64,000 bases of DNA, taken from the NCBI GenBank assembly GCA_963845325.1, contig CAWJRT010000001.1, positions 59,598-123,597 on the forward strand. The letters are read 5' to 3'. A program made the translations under genes and the position numbers. This stretch comes from an uncultured Spirochaetota bacterium. GTDB taxonomy: Bacteria; Spirochaetota; Spirochaetia; SZUA-6; Fen-1364. This document shows, piece by piece, positions 30,216 to 41,050 of the stretch. The stretch's first letter is position 1. Each line of letters begins with the position of its first letter. Below the pieces are notes generated by a model. The model saw only the letters and a program-made list of their open reading frames with translations. It made no database searches and was not told the DNA's origin.

Positions 30216-31034
30216 ATGGCGATAAAAGGCGAATGGGTGAGGTATGGCGACCAGGCGGGCTATCTGGCAATGCCGGCGCGGGCCGCCGCGCCCCTGCCGG
30301 GCGTGGTCGTCCTCCAGGAAGCCTGGGGAGTGAACGAACAGATCGAGGACGTGACCCGGCGGATCGCTGCCGCGGGCTACGTTGCTCTTGCGCCCGATTT
30401 GTTCGCCGTCAACGGCCAGAGGCCTGCGGCACTCAGCCGCGAGAGGATCGGTACGACGGTCGACTTCATCCGGCGGCTGCCTCCGGGTGCCATGATGGAC
30501 CAGTCCGTGAGGGACGCGGAGCTCGCGAAGCTGCCCGAGATCGAGCGGCTGCAGGTCAGCGAGACTTTCGGTAAGATATTCGGCTCCGCCGGGCCGGGAC
30601 GCCTGGAGGGCATGGTGGGCCCTCTTCGAGCTGCGGTGCGCTACCTGCGGACCGAGCGTCCGGAAACCCGGCAGCAGCCGGTGGGATGTGTTGGATTCTG
30701 CATGGGCGGGGGCCTCTCGGCCCTGCTTGCCTGCGAGGAGCCTGAGCTGTCTGCCGCGGCCATCTATTACGGGAGCGCCCCGTCTCCTGAGCGGATAGCC
30801 AGGATCTCGTGCCCTGTTCTCGCGTTCTACGGAGAAAAGGACCAGCGCGTCAACGTGGGTATCCCTGGATTCGAGGAGGGAATGCGCAAGGCCGGCAAAT
30901 CATTCGAGCATCATATCTACCCCGGGGCTTCCCACGCCTTTTTCAACGACGACGGACCTGCGTATGACGTACGCGCCGCGAGGGATTCGTTTGCCCGGCT
31001 CATGACGTTTTTCCTCAGGAATCTCGGCGGGTAG
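30216..31034 (+). CDS. Dienelactone hydrolase family protein
   Basis: VVVLQEAWGVNEQIEDVTRR, GFCMGGG nucleophile elbow, and HAFFND. Confidence 0.8.
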   Translation: MAIKGEWVRYGDQAGYLAMPARAAAPLPGVVVLQEAWGVNEQIEDVTRRIAAAGYVALAPDLFAVNGQRPAALSRERIGTTVDFIRRLPPGAMMDQSVRDAELAKLPEIERLQVSETFGKIFGSAGPGRLEGMVGPLRAAVRYLRTERPETRQQPVGCVGFCMGGGLSALLACEEPELSAAAIYYGSAPSPERIARISCPVLAFYGEKDQRVNVGIPGFEEGMRKAGKSFEHHIYPGASHAFFNDDGPAYDVRAARDSFARLMTFFLRNLGG

Positions 31035-31044
31035 GCGCCTGGGC

Positions 31045-32181
31045 ATGGGCCCCCCGTCGGATTTCCTGGTGATGGCAAAGCCTGCGGGCCCAGCCTGCAA
31101 CATGCGCTGTGGCTACTGCTACTACCTGCGGAAAGCCGCTCTTTTTTCGCCGGGACCCTGGCGCATGTCGGAAGATCTTCTGCGCAGCTACATCGTTCAG
31201 CGCCTGCAGGCCTCCCCGGGCCCGACAACCCATTTCGAATGGCACGGTGGTGAGCCGACACTCCTGGGCCTGGATTTCTTCCGCACAATCGTGCGCATCC
31301 AGAAAGGCGCCTGCCCTCCGGGTCGGGCCATCACCAACGGGATTCAGACAAATGGTCTCCTCCTCGATGAATCGTGGGCACGTTTTCTCGGCCAGGAAGG
31401 ATTCTCCGTCGGCCTGAGCATGGACGGCCCGGAGGACCTCCACGACGCGTTCAGGATTTCCGTCGAGGGACGGGCGACCCATCTCCGGGTTGCCAACTCC
31501 TTCAGATTGCTGAAGCAGCGCGGCGTGATGTGCAATGTCCTCTGTGTCCTCCACGCCCGCAACGCCGCGGAGCCTGACAGGATGTACGATTTCTTCCGCG
31601 GTATGGGAGTAACCTGGCTGCAGTTCCTTCCCCTCGGCGGGGAGAGTGCCGCTGCCTCAGCGGAGGCAATCGGTGATTTCCTCTGCCGCGTTTTCGACAG
31701 GTGGATGCGGGAAGACGTCGGCCGAATGGTCATCCAGGCCTTTGACGAAGCCCTGCGCCCGATCTACGGCATTGCCCACGCCCTCTGTGTTCACCGCGAA
31801 ACCTGCGGGGATGTCGCCGTGCTGGAGCACGATGGAAGTTTGTACGCCTGCGATCACTTCGTAGACGCGGAGCACATGCTGGGAAACATCAGGGAACGGG
31901 CGCTCCCGGACATGATGGCGGACCCCCGCCTGAGGCGCTTCGGGCAGGCCAAGCGTGACTCGCTTCCCCGCGCGTGCCGCGAGTGCGAGGTCCTGCCCTC
32001 CTGCAACGGCGGCTGCCCGAAGGACCGCACGAAAATCACGCCGGACGGGGAGCCGGGGCTCAACTCCCTCTGCCCTGCATACAAGCGGTTCTTTCTCCAC
32101 AGCCGGCCGGGACTCGCTCTCCTTGCCGCACATATGAAGGAGGGCCGTTCATTGAGGTCGTTCAGACTCTCCCGCCCTTGA
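31045..32181 (+). CDS. Anaerobic sulfatase-maturating enzyme-type radical SAM/SPASM protein
   Basis: KPAGPACNMRCGYCYY (CxxxCxxC) and C-terminal SPASM cysteines (CRECEVLPSCNGGCPKD). Confidence 0.8.
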   Translation: MGPPSDFLVMAKPAGPACNMRCGYCYYLRKAALFSPGPWRMSEDLLRSYIVQRLQASPGPTTHFEWHGGEPTLLGLDFFRTIVRIQKGACPPGRAITNGIQTNGLLLDESWARFLGQEGFSVGLSMDGPEDLHDAFRISVEGRATHLRVANSFRLLKQRGVMCNVLCVLHARNAAEPDRMYDFFRGMGVTWLQFLPLGGESAAASAEAIGDFLCRVFDRWMREDVGRMVIQAFDEALRPIYGIAHALCVHRETCGDVAVLEHDGSLYACDHFVDAEHMLGNIRERALPDMMADPRLRRFGQAKRDSLPRACRECEVLPSCNGGCPKDRTKITPDGEPGLNSLCPAYKRFFLHSRPGLALLAAHMKEGRSLRSFRLSRP

Positions 32182-32214
32182 ACGCGGGGAGGACCCGGCA
32201 TACCTTATCCGGTC

Positions 32215-33780
32215 ATGACATTCCCAAGCGAGACCTGGCACCGCGTTTCGCGGATCATCGAAGAGACGCCCGTCGTGGATGCCCACACGCATATCCAGGA
32301 CGACGTCACTGACTTCACTCCCGCGATGGCCGCGGCAAACCTTTCCGGCACGCAGGCCGCCTTCAATCGACCATCGCAGGAGGTGATCGACCAGGCGGTT
32401 TCTGCTGGGCGCCTTTTCCGCCGCTCGATGCTGGACCCGACCCACGCCCTGTTCTACTCCTGGTTCGCCGAGATCGTGGAGGGCTCGAATGGCAGGCTGG
32501 ACCATGCAATCAGCCTGATCGGGGACAATTCCACCGACGCGCGCAAGCAGGCCGGCAGGTTTCTCCTGGAGGAGCTGAGAGACAGCCGACTCTCGGAGTA
32601 CGCGGGGTGGCTGAGATTGATGTTCCGTCTCTACGACGGGGTGACCGGGGACATCGATCCGCTGGATCCCGCCAACCTGGAGCTGGTCTGGCGGTCCGTT
32701 GAACGGGCTCGTCGCGATCCACTGTTTTCAACGAACGTCCTGTCCCGCCATCACGTCAGGGCGTACGTGACCAGCATTGAGAACCGGGACAAGATTCCCC
32801 TCACGCCGCCCGTCAGGCCGCGCCAGGTTGATCTCTCCCTGTCAACGCATCACGAGGCATGGTCGATGTTCGATTTCAACGGATTTCTCTGGCCGGAGCG
32901 CGCCACCGACTTCGGGCTCTTCACGCAGGGCCACAAGTTCCAGGCCGAGAGATACCTCCTGCACCTGGAAGAATACCTGGGGCGCGAAATATCCTCGGCT
33001 GACCAGCTGAAGGACGCGGTCCATGCCTTTTTCTTCTCAATCCTTCGCAGCCCCCGCACGAACCCGAAAAGCCGGATCCTGTATGTTGACGGCTTCCAGT
33101 CGGAGGAGTTTCGATTCAGCGCGCCGTACTCGAGGGCTTCGGTTGACTACGCCTTTCGCCATCACAAGGCCCAGCTGGACGCGTCCCTCCGCGTGCAGGT
33201 CATCTCCTGCGTTGCCGAGTCGATGCTGGAGGCCCTCGATGACATCGGGAGGGAGTACAAGGAAGCGGGCGCGCGGTTCGGATGCTGCATCCAGCTCTGC
33301 GGCGGGGCACGGCATTTCATGGACTGGTCGCGCGAGATCCAATCCCTTCCGGTTGCCATCCCGCGGCTTCCCCAGGAGGAATACCCGGTCTGGATCCGCT
33401 TCCCGAACGTTCACTTTGAATATATCTGCGCGCACGAGTCGCTGTATTCCGACATGGCCAACGCGGCAAAGCAGGTGGGCAATATCTCCGCCGGCCCGTG
33501 GTGGCACTTCTTCCGCCGCCACAAGATCGCGCAGATGATCCATGATCAGCTCAGCATGGGGCCCTTGTCGTCCATCGCGTGCGGCTTCACCGATGCCCGG
33601 TTCGTCGAGATGCTTGCCGCGAAATACCAGTCCATGCGGCTGGCCCTGGCGGACGCCCTCACGGCGCTGGTCGAGGACGAGAGCTCGGTGATGCACGGTG
33701 ACTTCCAGGCCGTGGGGACGGTTGCCGAGGAAATGCTTTTCACGAACCCAGCCGCCGTGCATCACATCCCGCTGGAATAG
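32215..33780 (+). CDS. Uncharacterised amidohydrolase-superfamily protein, distantly uronate-isomerase-like
   Basis: VVDAHTHI near the N-terminus. The C-terminal pattern GPWWHFF...GFTDARF...MLFTNPAAV recalls the UxaC family layout. Intact 521 aa. Confidence 0.45.
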   Translation: MTFPSETWHRVSRIIEETPVVDAHTHIQDDVTDFTPAMAAANLSGTQAAFNRPSQEVIDQAVSAGRLFRRSMLDPTHALFYSWFAEIVEGSNGRLDHAISLIGDNSTDARKQAGRFLLEELRDSRLSEYAGWLRLMFRLYDGVTGDIDPLDPANLELVWRSVERARRDPLFSTNVLSRHHVRAYVTSIENRDKIPLTPPVRPRQVDLSLSTHHEAWSMFDFNGFLWPERATDFGLFTQGHKFQAERYLLHLEEYLGREISSADQLKDAVHAFFFSILRSPRTNPKSRILYVDGFQSEEFRFSAPYSRASVDYAFRHHKAQLDASLRVQVISCVAESMLEALDDIGREYKEAGARFGCCIQLCGGARHFMDWSREIQSLPVAIPRLPQEEYPVWIRFPNVHFEYICAHESLYSDMANAAKQVGNISAGPWWHFFRRHKIAQMIHDQLSMGPLSSIACGFTDARFVEMLAAKYQSMRLALADALTALVEDESSVMHGDFQAVGTVAEEMLFTNPAAVHHIPLE

Positions 33781-33784
33781 GGGG

Positions 33785-36036
33785 ATGCGTGTTCTCCTGG
33801 TCCAGCCTCCGTTCGTGCAGCTCAACGCGCCCTACCCGGCCGTTGCATACCTTGCCTCCTTCTGCCGGCGGGAGGGCCACGACGCCCGGTGCCTGGACCT
33901 GTCCATCGAGCTGTTCCGCCGCGTTTTCTGCGCGCCCGGCCTGCGGCAGGTGTTCGCCGAGGCGGAGATACGGCTTCCCGCCCGTCTTGCGGGCTTCGAC
34001 GCCCCGACTCGCTCGAACATCCTGCGCTACCTCTCGAATGCCGACGCAGTACGCGGGCACGATCGATGCGGTGGTGCGATTGCTCTCCACCGGCGACGAT
34101 GCTTTTGCCCACGAGCTGGCCGCCGCGCGCCGTGTGCCCTGGGGGCACCGGGCGGAAGGGTTCCTGGAGGCCAACGACGGAGAAATCGGCGCCCCTGACG
34201 CCCCGATGCTCGCCAGCCTCATCGTCGAGGACCTTGCCGACTTCATCACGTTCAGCCTGGACCCGGAGTTCGCTCTCGTGCGCTATGCCGAATCCAAGGC
34301 ATCCTCGCAGCCGGAGTTCTCCGTGGTGGAGTCCGCCTCCCGGGACAGCTTCATTTTCCAGGCTTTTTTCCGGCCGCTGGTGAGAGAAACGCTTGCAGGC
34401 ATGCCCGCACCGGACCTCGTGTGCGTCACCGTCCCGTTCCCCGGGACGCTGCCAGGAGCGCTTGTGTTCGCCGACGAGGCCAGGCGCGCTTTCGGGCGGC
34501 AGCTGCCCGTGGCGTTCGGGGGCGGATACGTGTCAACTGAGCTTCGCTCGCTGCGCGATCCCGGGATTTTTGCATACATCGACTACCTCTGTTACGACGC
34601 GGGCTACGCGGGGCTTGCAGGGATCCTGGACTCACTCGGCGGAGCGGACGACAGCCTTTTCAAGACCATCGTGCGGCGCGGGGACCGGTTTGTGGCCCAC
34701 GGTTTCGACGCCGGTGACCTTTCATTCTTTGCCTCCGAAGCGTGTCTACGAGACGCGCCAGCCGGCCCGGGCCGCCGCGCTCCGCGCTTTCGAAGACGCC
34801 GCCATCCGGGAGGTATTTCCCGATTTTCGTGACTTCGACTTTTCCCGCTACGTGCGCATCGTCGAGGGGACCAACCCCATGCACGCCCTCTGGTCGGGCG
34901 CGGCGTGGCTGAAGGCGCGGCTGGCCTACGGATGTTACTGGCGCCGGTGCGCTTTCTGCGATACCTCGCTTGAGTACATCGCGCGCTTTGCCCCCTCAGC
35001 CCCTGATGCGCTGTTTGGGCACCTGCATGAGCAGTCCCGCCTTACCGGGCAGCGCGGGGTGCACTTCGTCGACGAGGCCATGCCCGTCGGCCACCTGCTG
35101 CGTTTCGGTCTTGCGAACCTGCGCCACGGCCGGCCCCTGGTCTTCTGGGGCAACGCCCGCCTGGAAAGGCGTTTCGGCGATGACACCTGCGCGCTGCTCG
35201 CCGAGGCCGGGCTCATCGGGGTTTCATTCGGGCTGGAGATGGCTACCGAGAGCGGCCTTGAGCAGACGCGCAAGGGCATCGACCTCGGGTCCATCGTGGC
35301 CTCCCTCTCCGCGCTGAAGCGCAACGGAATCCTTGCCCACGCCTACCTCATCTACGGGTGGCCGGGGCAGTCCGCGGACGACATCGTGGACTCAATGGAA
35401 ATCGTGCGGCAGATGTTCGCGCAGGGGCTCCTTGTTTCCGCGTTCTGGCACCGGTTCATCCTCACGCGGCATTCGCCGCTGTATGCCGAGTGGCGCGCAG
35501 GGGCGCGGCCGTCATTGCGGGTCATCGAGCCCGCATGGACCTTCGGGACGAATGACCTGTCCTTCGAGGGGGAAGGGGAGTTTGAACGCTATGGCCCGGG
35601 CCTGGAGGCCGGGCTGGAGGGCTGGATGGAACGCTCCGATCTGGACCGGCCCGTCCGGGACTGGTTCGACTTCCGCGTGCCGCGGCCGCGGATTGCGGAA
35701 GACCACGTGAAGAGGCTGGCCGCCGCAGCCGAACGGCAGGCGCGGGCCCCTGCAGCCGGTCGCGGCCGCACTGCGGTGTGGCTCGGCGGCAGACTGATGA
35801 GGAACGATACGGCTGAGGGACGCGTGCGGCTCACCTGGGCGTACCGCAACCAGCTCCAGCAGGTCGAGATCGAGCCTGCCCGCGCAGATATTCTCGCCGC
35901 CGAGCTCGGCCGAGGCTCTGCCATGCTCAGCGGCATGACGGAGCTGCTGACCGCCCTTGACGCATCGGGCGGCGAGCCATTCGAGGCCACGAAGGCGTTC
36001 CGGAAGCTGCGCAGGTTCGGCCTGGTCGCTTTCTAG
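33785..36036 (+). CDS. Large (about 750 aa) B12-binding-domain-like radical SAM protein, frame broken near 34047 and 34720
   Basis: The N-terminus MRVLLVQPPFVQLNAPYPAVAYLASF is typical of the B12-binding radical SAM class. The cluster motif is AYGCYWRRCAFCD. The protein is joined from three ORF-track frames. Confidence 0.65.
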
Positions 36037-36289
36037 CCTTTGACAAGTCCTGGCCGCTGGCATCCTGAAACCTCGTGACGGGCCCTCGTTTCATTGTGAA
36101 AAACGACATTTTTTACGCTTTTCCCGTAAAACCCGTCGATTTCCACAATGTCCGAGCTACCCCTGGCCATTGCGCTTGAAGGGCTCGGCAGAAACGCTGG
36201 AGGCCGGGGCTTCCGTCCGGCCCCGTCTGGTGCCGAACCGGGAATGCGGCGCATTGCGGACTGCGTAGCTCACGGTTATACTGGGTGAG

Positions 36290-36742
36290 ATGCAAATCGC
36301 AATCGGGGCCGACGAAGCCGCGTACGATCTGAAGGAGATGCTGAAAGCGTATCTCGGCGGCAAGGGCGTGGACGTGGTTGACTACGGGGCTTATGACATG
36401 ACCCCGGTGCTGTATCCCGACATCGCGGTCAAGGTGGCGGAAGCAATCGCCGAGGGGAAGCACACCCGGGGCATCCTCATGTGCGGGACGGGCATCGGGA
36501 TGGCCATCACGGCGAACAAGGTCCCGGGCGTCCGCGCGGCCACCTGCCACGACACGTACTCGGCCGAGCGCGCGCGCAAGAGCAACGACGCCCAGATTCT
36601 CACCATGGGAGCGCGGGTCATCGGACCCGAGCTGGCAAAGTCGATTGTTGACGCGTGGTTGAAGTCGGAGTTCGAGGGCGGCGGCTCGACGCGCAAGGTG
36701 GAGCGGATGGTGGAGTACGATGAAAAATACCGCAGGAAGTAG
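36290..36742 (+). CDS. rpiB: RpiB/LacA/LacB-family sugar-phosphate isomerase
   Basis: Intact 150-aa ORF with ILMCGTGIGMAITANK and RKSNDAQILTMGARV. Confidence 0.85.
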   Translation: MQIAIGADEAAYDLKEMLKAYLGGKGVDVVDYGAYDMTPVLYPDIAVKVAEAIAEGKHTRGILMCGTGIGMAITANKVPGVRAATCHDTYSAERARKSNDAQILTMGARVIGPELAKSIVDAWLKSEFEGGGSTRKVERMVEYDEKYRRK

Positions 36743-36820
36743 GAGCGTGGGCTTTTCGAGCTTTTTTTTCATCTTATTTATGACTAAATTGGTCAGGTAT
36801 CAATTCCAGGAGAACAACTG

Positions 36821-38319
36821 ATGAGATCCGGGTACGTGGAGCGCCGGCAAGGCCATTTCCCGCTGCGCTCTTTGCTCATTGCCCTCATGATCCTCGCTTC
36901 CGGCGCGTTGACGTTCGCCGCCGAGAAGCCACGGCAGGAAGTCCTCGTGCCTCTCGTGGACATGGCCTCCCGGTCCCTCGCCCGGCTGAAGAGCGCGGAC
37001 CTCGTCGGCGCCCGGTCTGTTTTCAAGACGTTCGAAAGTCTGTGGAGCCCGGTTGAGGACTCTGTGCGTGCCGGGGATCCGGTTGTCTACGCCAGGATCG
37101 AGGTCGCTGCGACGCGCGCAGAGGCGGCCATGGAGGCGGATCCTCCTGAGGCAGAACGCGCAGCCGCGGCGCTGGCCGAGCTGGGACAGGCCGCTGGCGA
37201 ATACGGGAAAGCGCAGGCCGGTTCCGCCTCTGCGCCCACGGGCAGCGTGGACAGTCTCGGGACGATCCTCGCCCAGGTGCGCGATTCTCTTGCTACCGGA
37301 CACTACGACCAGGCCGGCGATCTCATGGAGAGCTTTGTCGGGCTCTGGCCTGTCGTCGAGACGGGCGTGAAGAGCCGGTCCCCGGAGATCTACGCACGGC
37401 TCGAGGCCGAGATGACCCGTGCTTCCAGCCTTATCATGTCGGGCCCCGGCTCGCGCGCGCCCGCCATGGATGTGCTGGCGGTCATGCTCGGGCAGATCGA
37501 GGAGATCCGGGCATCTGCCGGATACACGGCGTGGGACGCGGGATTCATCCTCCTGCGCGAAGGCATGGAAGCCCTCCTTGTCCTTGCTGCACTGCTGGCG
37601 ATGCTCAAGAAGTCACCCGCCGGGCAATGCCCCGCTGTGGGTCTGGGCCGGGGCCGGATCCGGGCTGCTCCTGAGCGCCGGGCTTGCGCTCCTCCTCGGG
37701 CTGGTGATCTCTACCGCCGGGGCGGCGAGCACCCGGGAGGTCCTGGAGGGGGGCGTCGGGCTTGCCTCCGTCATCCTGATGATGACCGTCGGGGCCTGGC
37801 TGCATCGCAGGGCAAACCTGAAGGCGTGGTCCGGCTACATGGAAAAAAAGGCCAGCAGGGCCATCGCCGCCGGGAGCACCTGGGCCTTTTTTTCACTTGC
37901 GCTCCTTGCCGTGCTCCGCGAGGGCGCGGAAACCGTCGTCCTGCTCATCGGGATCGAGTCAGGCATCGGTCCGGTGCAGCTCCTTGCCGGGGTAGGCGTT
38001 GCCCTTGCTGCTCCTGGTCGTGATCGGGTTCCTGGTGATCAGGTTCAGCGCGCGCCTGCCCCTGCACTGGTTCTTTCTGGTGGCAACCGTCCTGATCTAT
38101 TACCTTGCCTTCAAGATTGCGGGGGAGAGCATCCATTCCCTGCAGATCGCGGGCGTCATTCCCTCCCACTATGCGGACCACCTGCCGACCGTGGGCCCCC
38201 TGGGAATGTCCCAGACGTGGGAGACATTCGTCCTGCAGGCCGTCGTGCTGGTGCTCGTGCTGGCGGAGGTCGTGACGACGGAGGCGCGGCGCTACTCGGG
38301 GAAGCGGAAAAGCACGTAG
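36821..38319 (+). CDS. FTR1/EfeU-family iron permease with an internally duplicated N-terminal periplasmic helical domain. Frame broken near 37610 and 38005.
   Basis: Two REGxE motifs (LREGMEAL, LREGAETV). An N-terminal signal/anchor is followed by two copies of the pattern F..LW..VE..V.....P..YAR.E....TRA. Confidence 0.7.
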
Positions 38320-38322
38320 GCG

Positions 38323-38878
38323 CTACGGCAGGTCCGTCGCCATGTCGATGTCCCGAAGCACCGTGTCATCGGCCCAGGTGCATCTCGCGGACGCGGAAGC
38401 ATTCGGCAATGGCGCGCATGCTTCCCGTGAAGGGATCCGCCGAGGCAACCGCGGGCCGTACGCGCTCATGAAAGAGCACGGGGTGCCCGCGCCTCCCGCC
38501 ATGGACCGGGAAAATGACATCAGCTTCATCCCCTGTGAGGAGGGCCTCGTACACCGCCGGGGTGATCCACGGCATATCCCCGAGGGTAACGAAGAACCGG
38601 GAAGTGCCAGCTCGGGCCATCCCGCGGCGTACCGAGCTGAACATTCCCCGGGGCCAGTCTTCGTTCACAACGGGAATCACCCGCGGCTCGCTCCGGAAAA
38701 GATCGGCAAGCTCGTCACCCCGGTAGCCGGTCACCAGCAGAACGCGGGGGCAGGCCCGGAGTGCGGCTGCCACCACCGTCTGGATGATCGACGTTTCCCC
38801 GAAGGGCAGCAGGGGTTTCCACCTGCCCATTCGTTCTGAACGGCCTGCCGCCGGGATGATGCAGTCGCATTCCTCCAT
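38323..38878 (-). CDS. mocA: MocA/YgfJ-type molybdenum cofactor cytidylyltransferase (NTP-transferase domain), frameshift near 38375
   Basis: CIIPAAGRSERMGRWKPLLPFG and FFVTLGDMPWITP. The conserved tail LRDIDMATDL lies in the adjacent frame (ORF 38323..38529). Confidence 0.7.
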
Positions 38879-38938
38879 GCCGCATCGTAGCTCCACCTTG
38901 ACCGGGCGTGCAACCCGCGATACCGTTTCCCTACCGCA

Positions 38939-40148
38939 ATGCAGCGCTACAGCCAGGAGTTCATCCGCGCAATCCCCAAGACCGACCTGCACGTGCACCT
39001 CGACGGGTCACTGCGGCTGCCGACTCTCATCGAGCTTGCCCGCGAGCGCAAGGTTCCGCTCCCGTCGTTCACCGAGCAGGGGCTCAACGAGCTGGTGTTC
39101 AAGGATTCCTACGCCGACCTGGAGGAGTACCTCAAGGGTTTCACCTGGACCCTGAAGGTGCTCCAGGACCCCGAGGGGCTGGAGCGCGCCGCGTACGAGC
39201 TGGGCCAGGACAACTGGGCCGAGGGCGTGCGCTACGTCGAGGTGCGCTTTGCCCCGCAGCTTCACATGGGGCCCGACTTCGACTTCGAAAGCGTCATGCG
39301 ATCCGTGGACCGGGGCCTGCGCCGCGCCCGGGAGGAGGCCAACCGATCCCTCGGCACCGGCGAACCGCCGTTCGACTACGGGATCATCGTCTGCGCCCTG
39401 CGCTTCTTCGACGACAGCTTCTCCGCGTACTACCGCGACATCTGCCGGCTGCTTTCCTATTCCAGCCAGCAGGACGTGATCCGCGCAGCCAGCCTGGAGC
39501 TCGCGCGGGCCGGCGTCCGGCTCCGCCGGGACACCGACGTTCAGATCGTCGGGTTCGACCTTGCCGGCAGCGAATCGGGATACCCGGCCAGCGCTCACGA
39601 GGAATCCTACGATTTCGTGCACAAGAACTTCATGCGGAAGACGGTGCACGCCGGGGAAGCGTACGGCCCGGAGTCGATCTTCCAGGCGGTGGCGAAGCTG
39701 CACGCGGACCGCATCGGCCACGGCCTGCACCTCTTCGACGAGGGCATGATCTTCTCCGGGAGCGTGCAGGACAAGCGCGCCTACATCGAGAACCTCGTGG
39801 ACTACATCGCGGAGAACCGCACCACCATCGAGGTCTGCCTGACGAGCAACCTGCAGACCTCTCCCGACCCTCAGGGGCATCCACGACCACTCGGTGAGGC
39901 AGATGCTCGCGCACAAGCTCTCCCTCACCTTCTGCACGGACAACCGCCTGATGTCGAAGACCTCCGTCGTGAAGGAGCTCACCCTGGCGCTGGAGAACTT
40001 CGGGATTGCCCCCGACCAGCTCAAGGACATCATTGCCTACGGGTTCAAGCGCTCCTTTTACTACCATCCCTATTCCATGAAGAGGAAATGGGTGCGCCAG
40101 GTCATCGACTACTACGAGACGCTGGAAAAACGTTTCGGAATCGAGTAA
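38939..40148 (+). CDS. add: Adenosine/adenine deaminase family protein, frameshift near 39867
   Basis: IPKTDLHVHLDGS, VGFDLAGSE, HAGEA, RIGHG and, after the shift, SLTFCTDN. Confidence 0.8.
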
Positions 40149-40157
40149 GGACATCAC

Positions 40158-41011
40158 ATGAAAGCCGGCTTCAATCTCCTTCTCTGGACATCCCACGTCA
40201 CCGAACAGCATTTCCCGATCATCGAGGAGCTTGCCCGTGCAGGCTACGACGGCGTTGAAATCCCCATCCTCGAGGGGACCCCGGCACACTACGCCAGGGT
40301 CCTGAAGGTCGTGACGCGACAACGGCCTGGCCTGCGACGTGGTCACCAACATGCCGGACGCCGAGCACAATCCCCTGAGCCCCGACAGGAAGCAGAGGCA
40401 GAACGCACTGGATTTCATGAAGCGCGTCATCGACTGCACGCAGGCGCTCGAGTCGGACCTCCTCTGCGGCCCCTTCTACCAGCCCGTCGGCCTCTTCACG
40501 GGCACGGGGCCCTCGGACGAGGAGAAGGAGAGGGCGGCGGAGCACGCGCGCGCATCGGCCGCGCACGCTGCGAAGGCGGGCATAACACTCGCCGTGGAGT
40601 TTCTCAACCGATTCGAGGCCTATTTCCTCACGACCATGGACGGCGTGGCCGAGCACGTGCGCGCCGTCGGGATGCCGAACTTCAAGGCGATGTTCGACAC
40701 GTTCCACGCCAACATCGAGGAAGGCGGATCCAGCGGCAAGCATCCGCGCGCATCGCGACATCATCACCCACGTGCACATCTCGGAGAACAACCGCGGCGT
40801 CCCCGGCCGGGGCCACAACGACTGGAAGGGAATCTTCAGGGCTCTGCGCTCGACGGGCTACGACAACTGGCTCACCATCGAGGCGTTCGGCCGGGTGCTG
40901 CCCGCCTTCGCGGCGGCCACCCGAATCTGGAGGGACATCTTCGAGAGCCCCGAGGCGCTGTATACCGAGGGGATTCGTTTCATCCGCGGGCAGTGGGACG
41001 CGGCCGCGTGA
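40158..41011 (+). CDS. Xylose-isomerase-fold sugar epimerase (ketose 3-epimerase-like), frame broken near 40305 and 40730
   Basis: [46 protein letters not shown] and LTIEAFG. Confidence 0.7.
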
Positions 41012-41050
41012 CTATCAGCGCCCGACGGCGCATGTGAAGGAGACACCACT

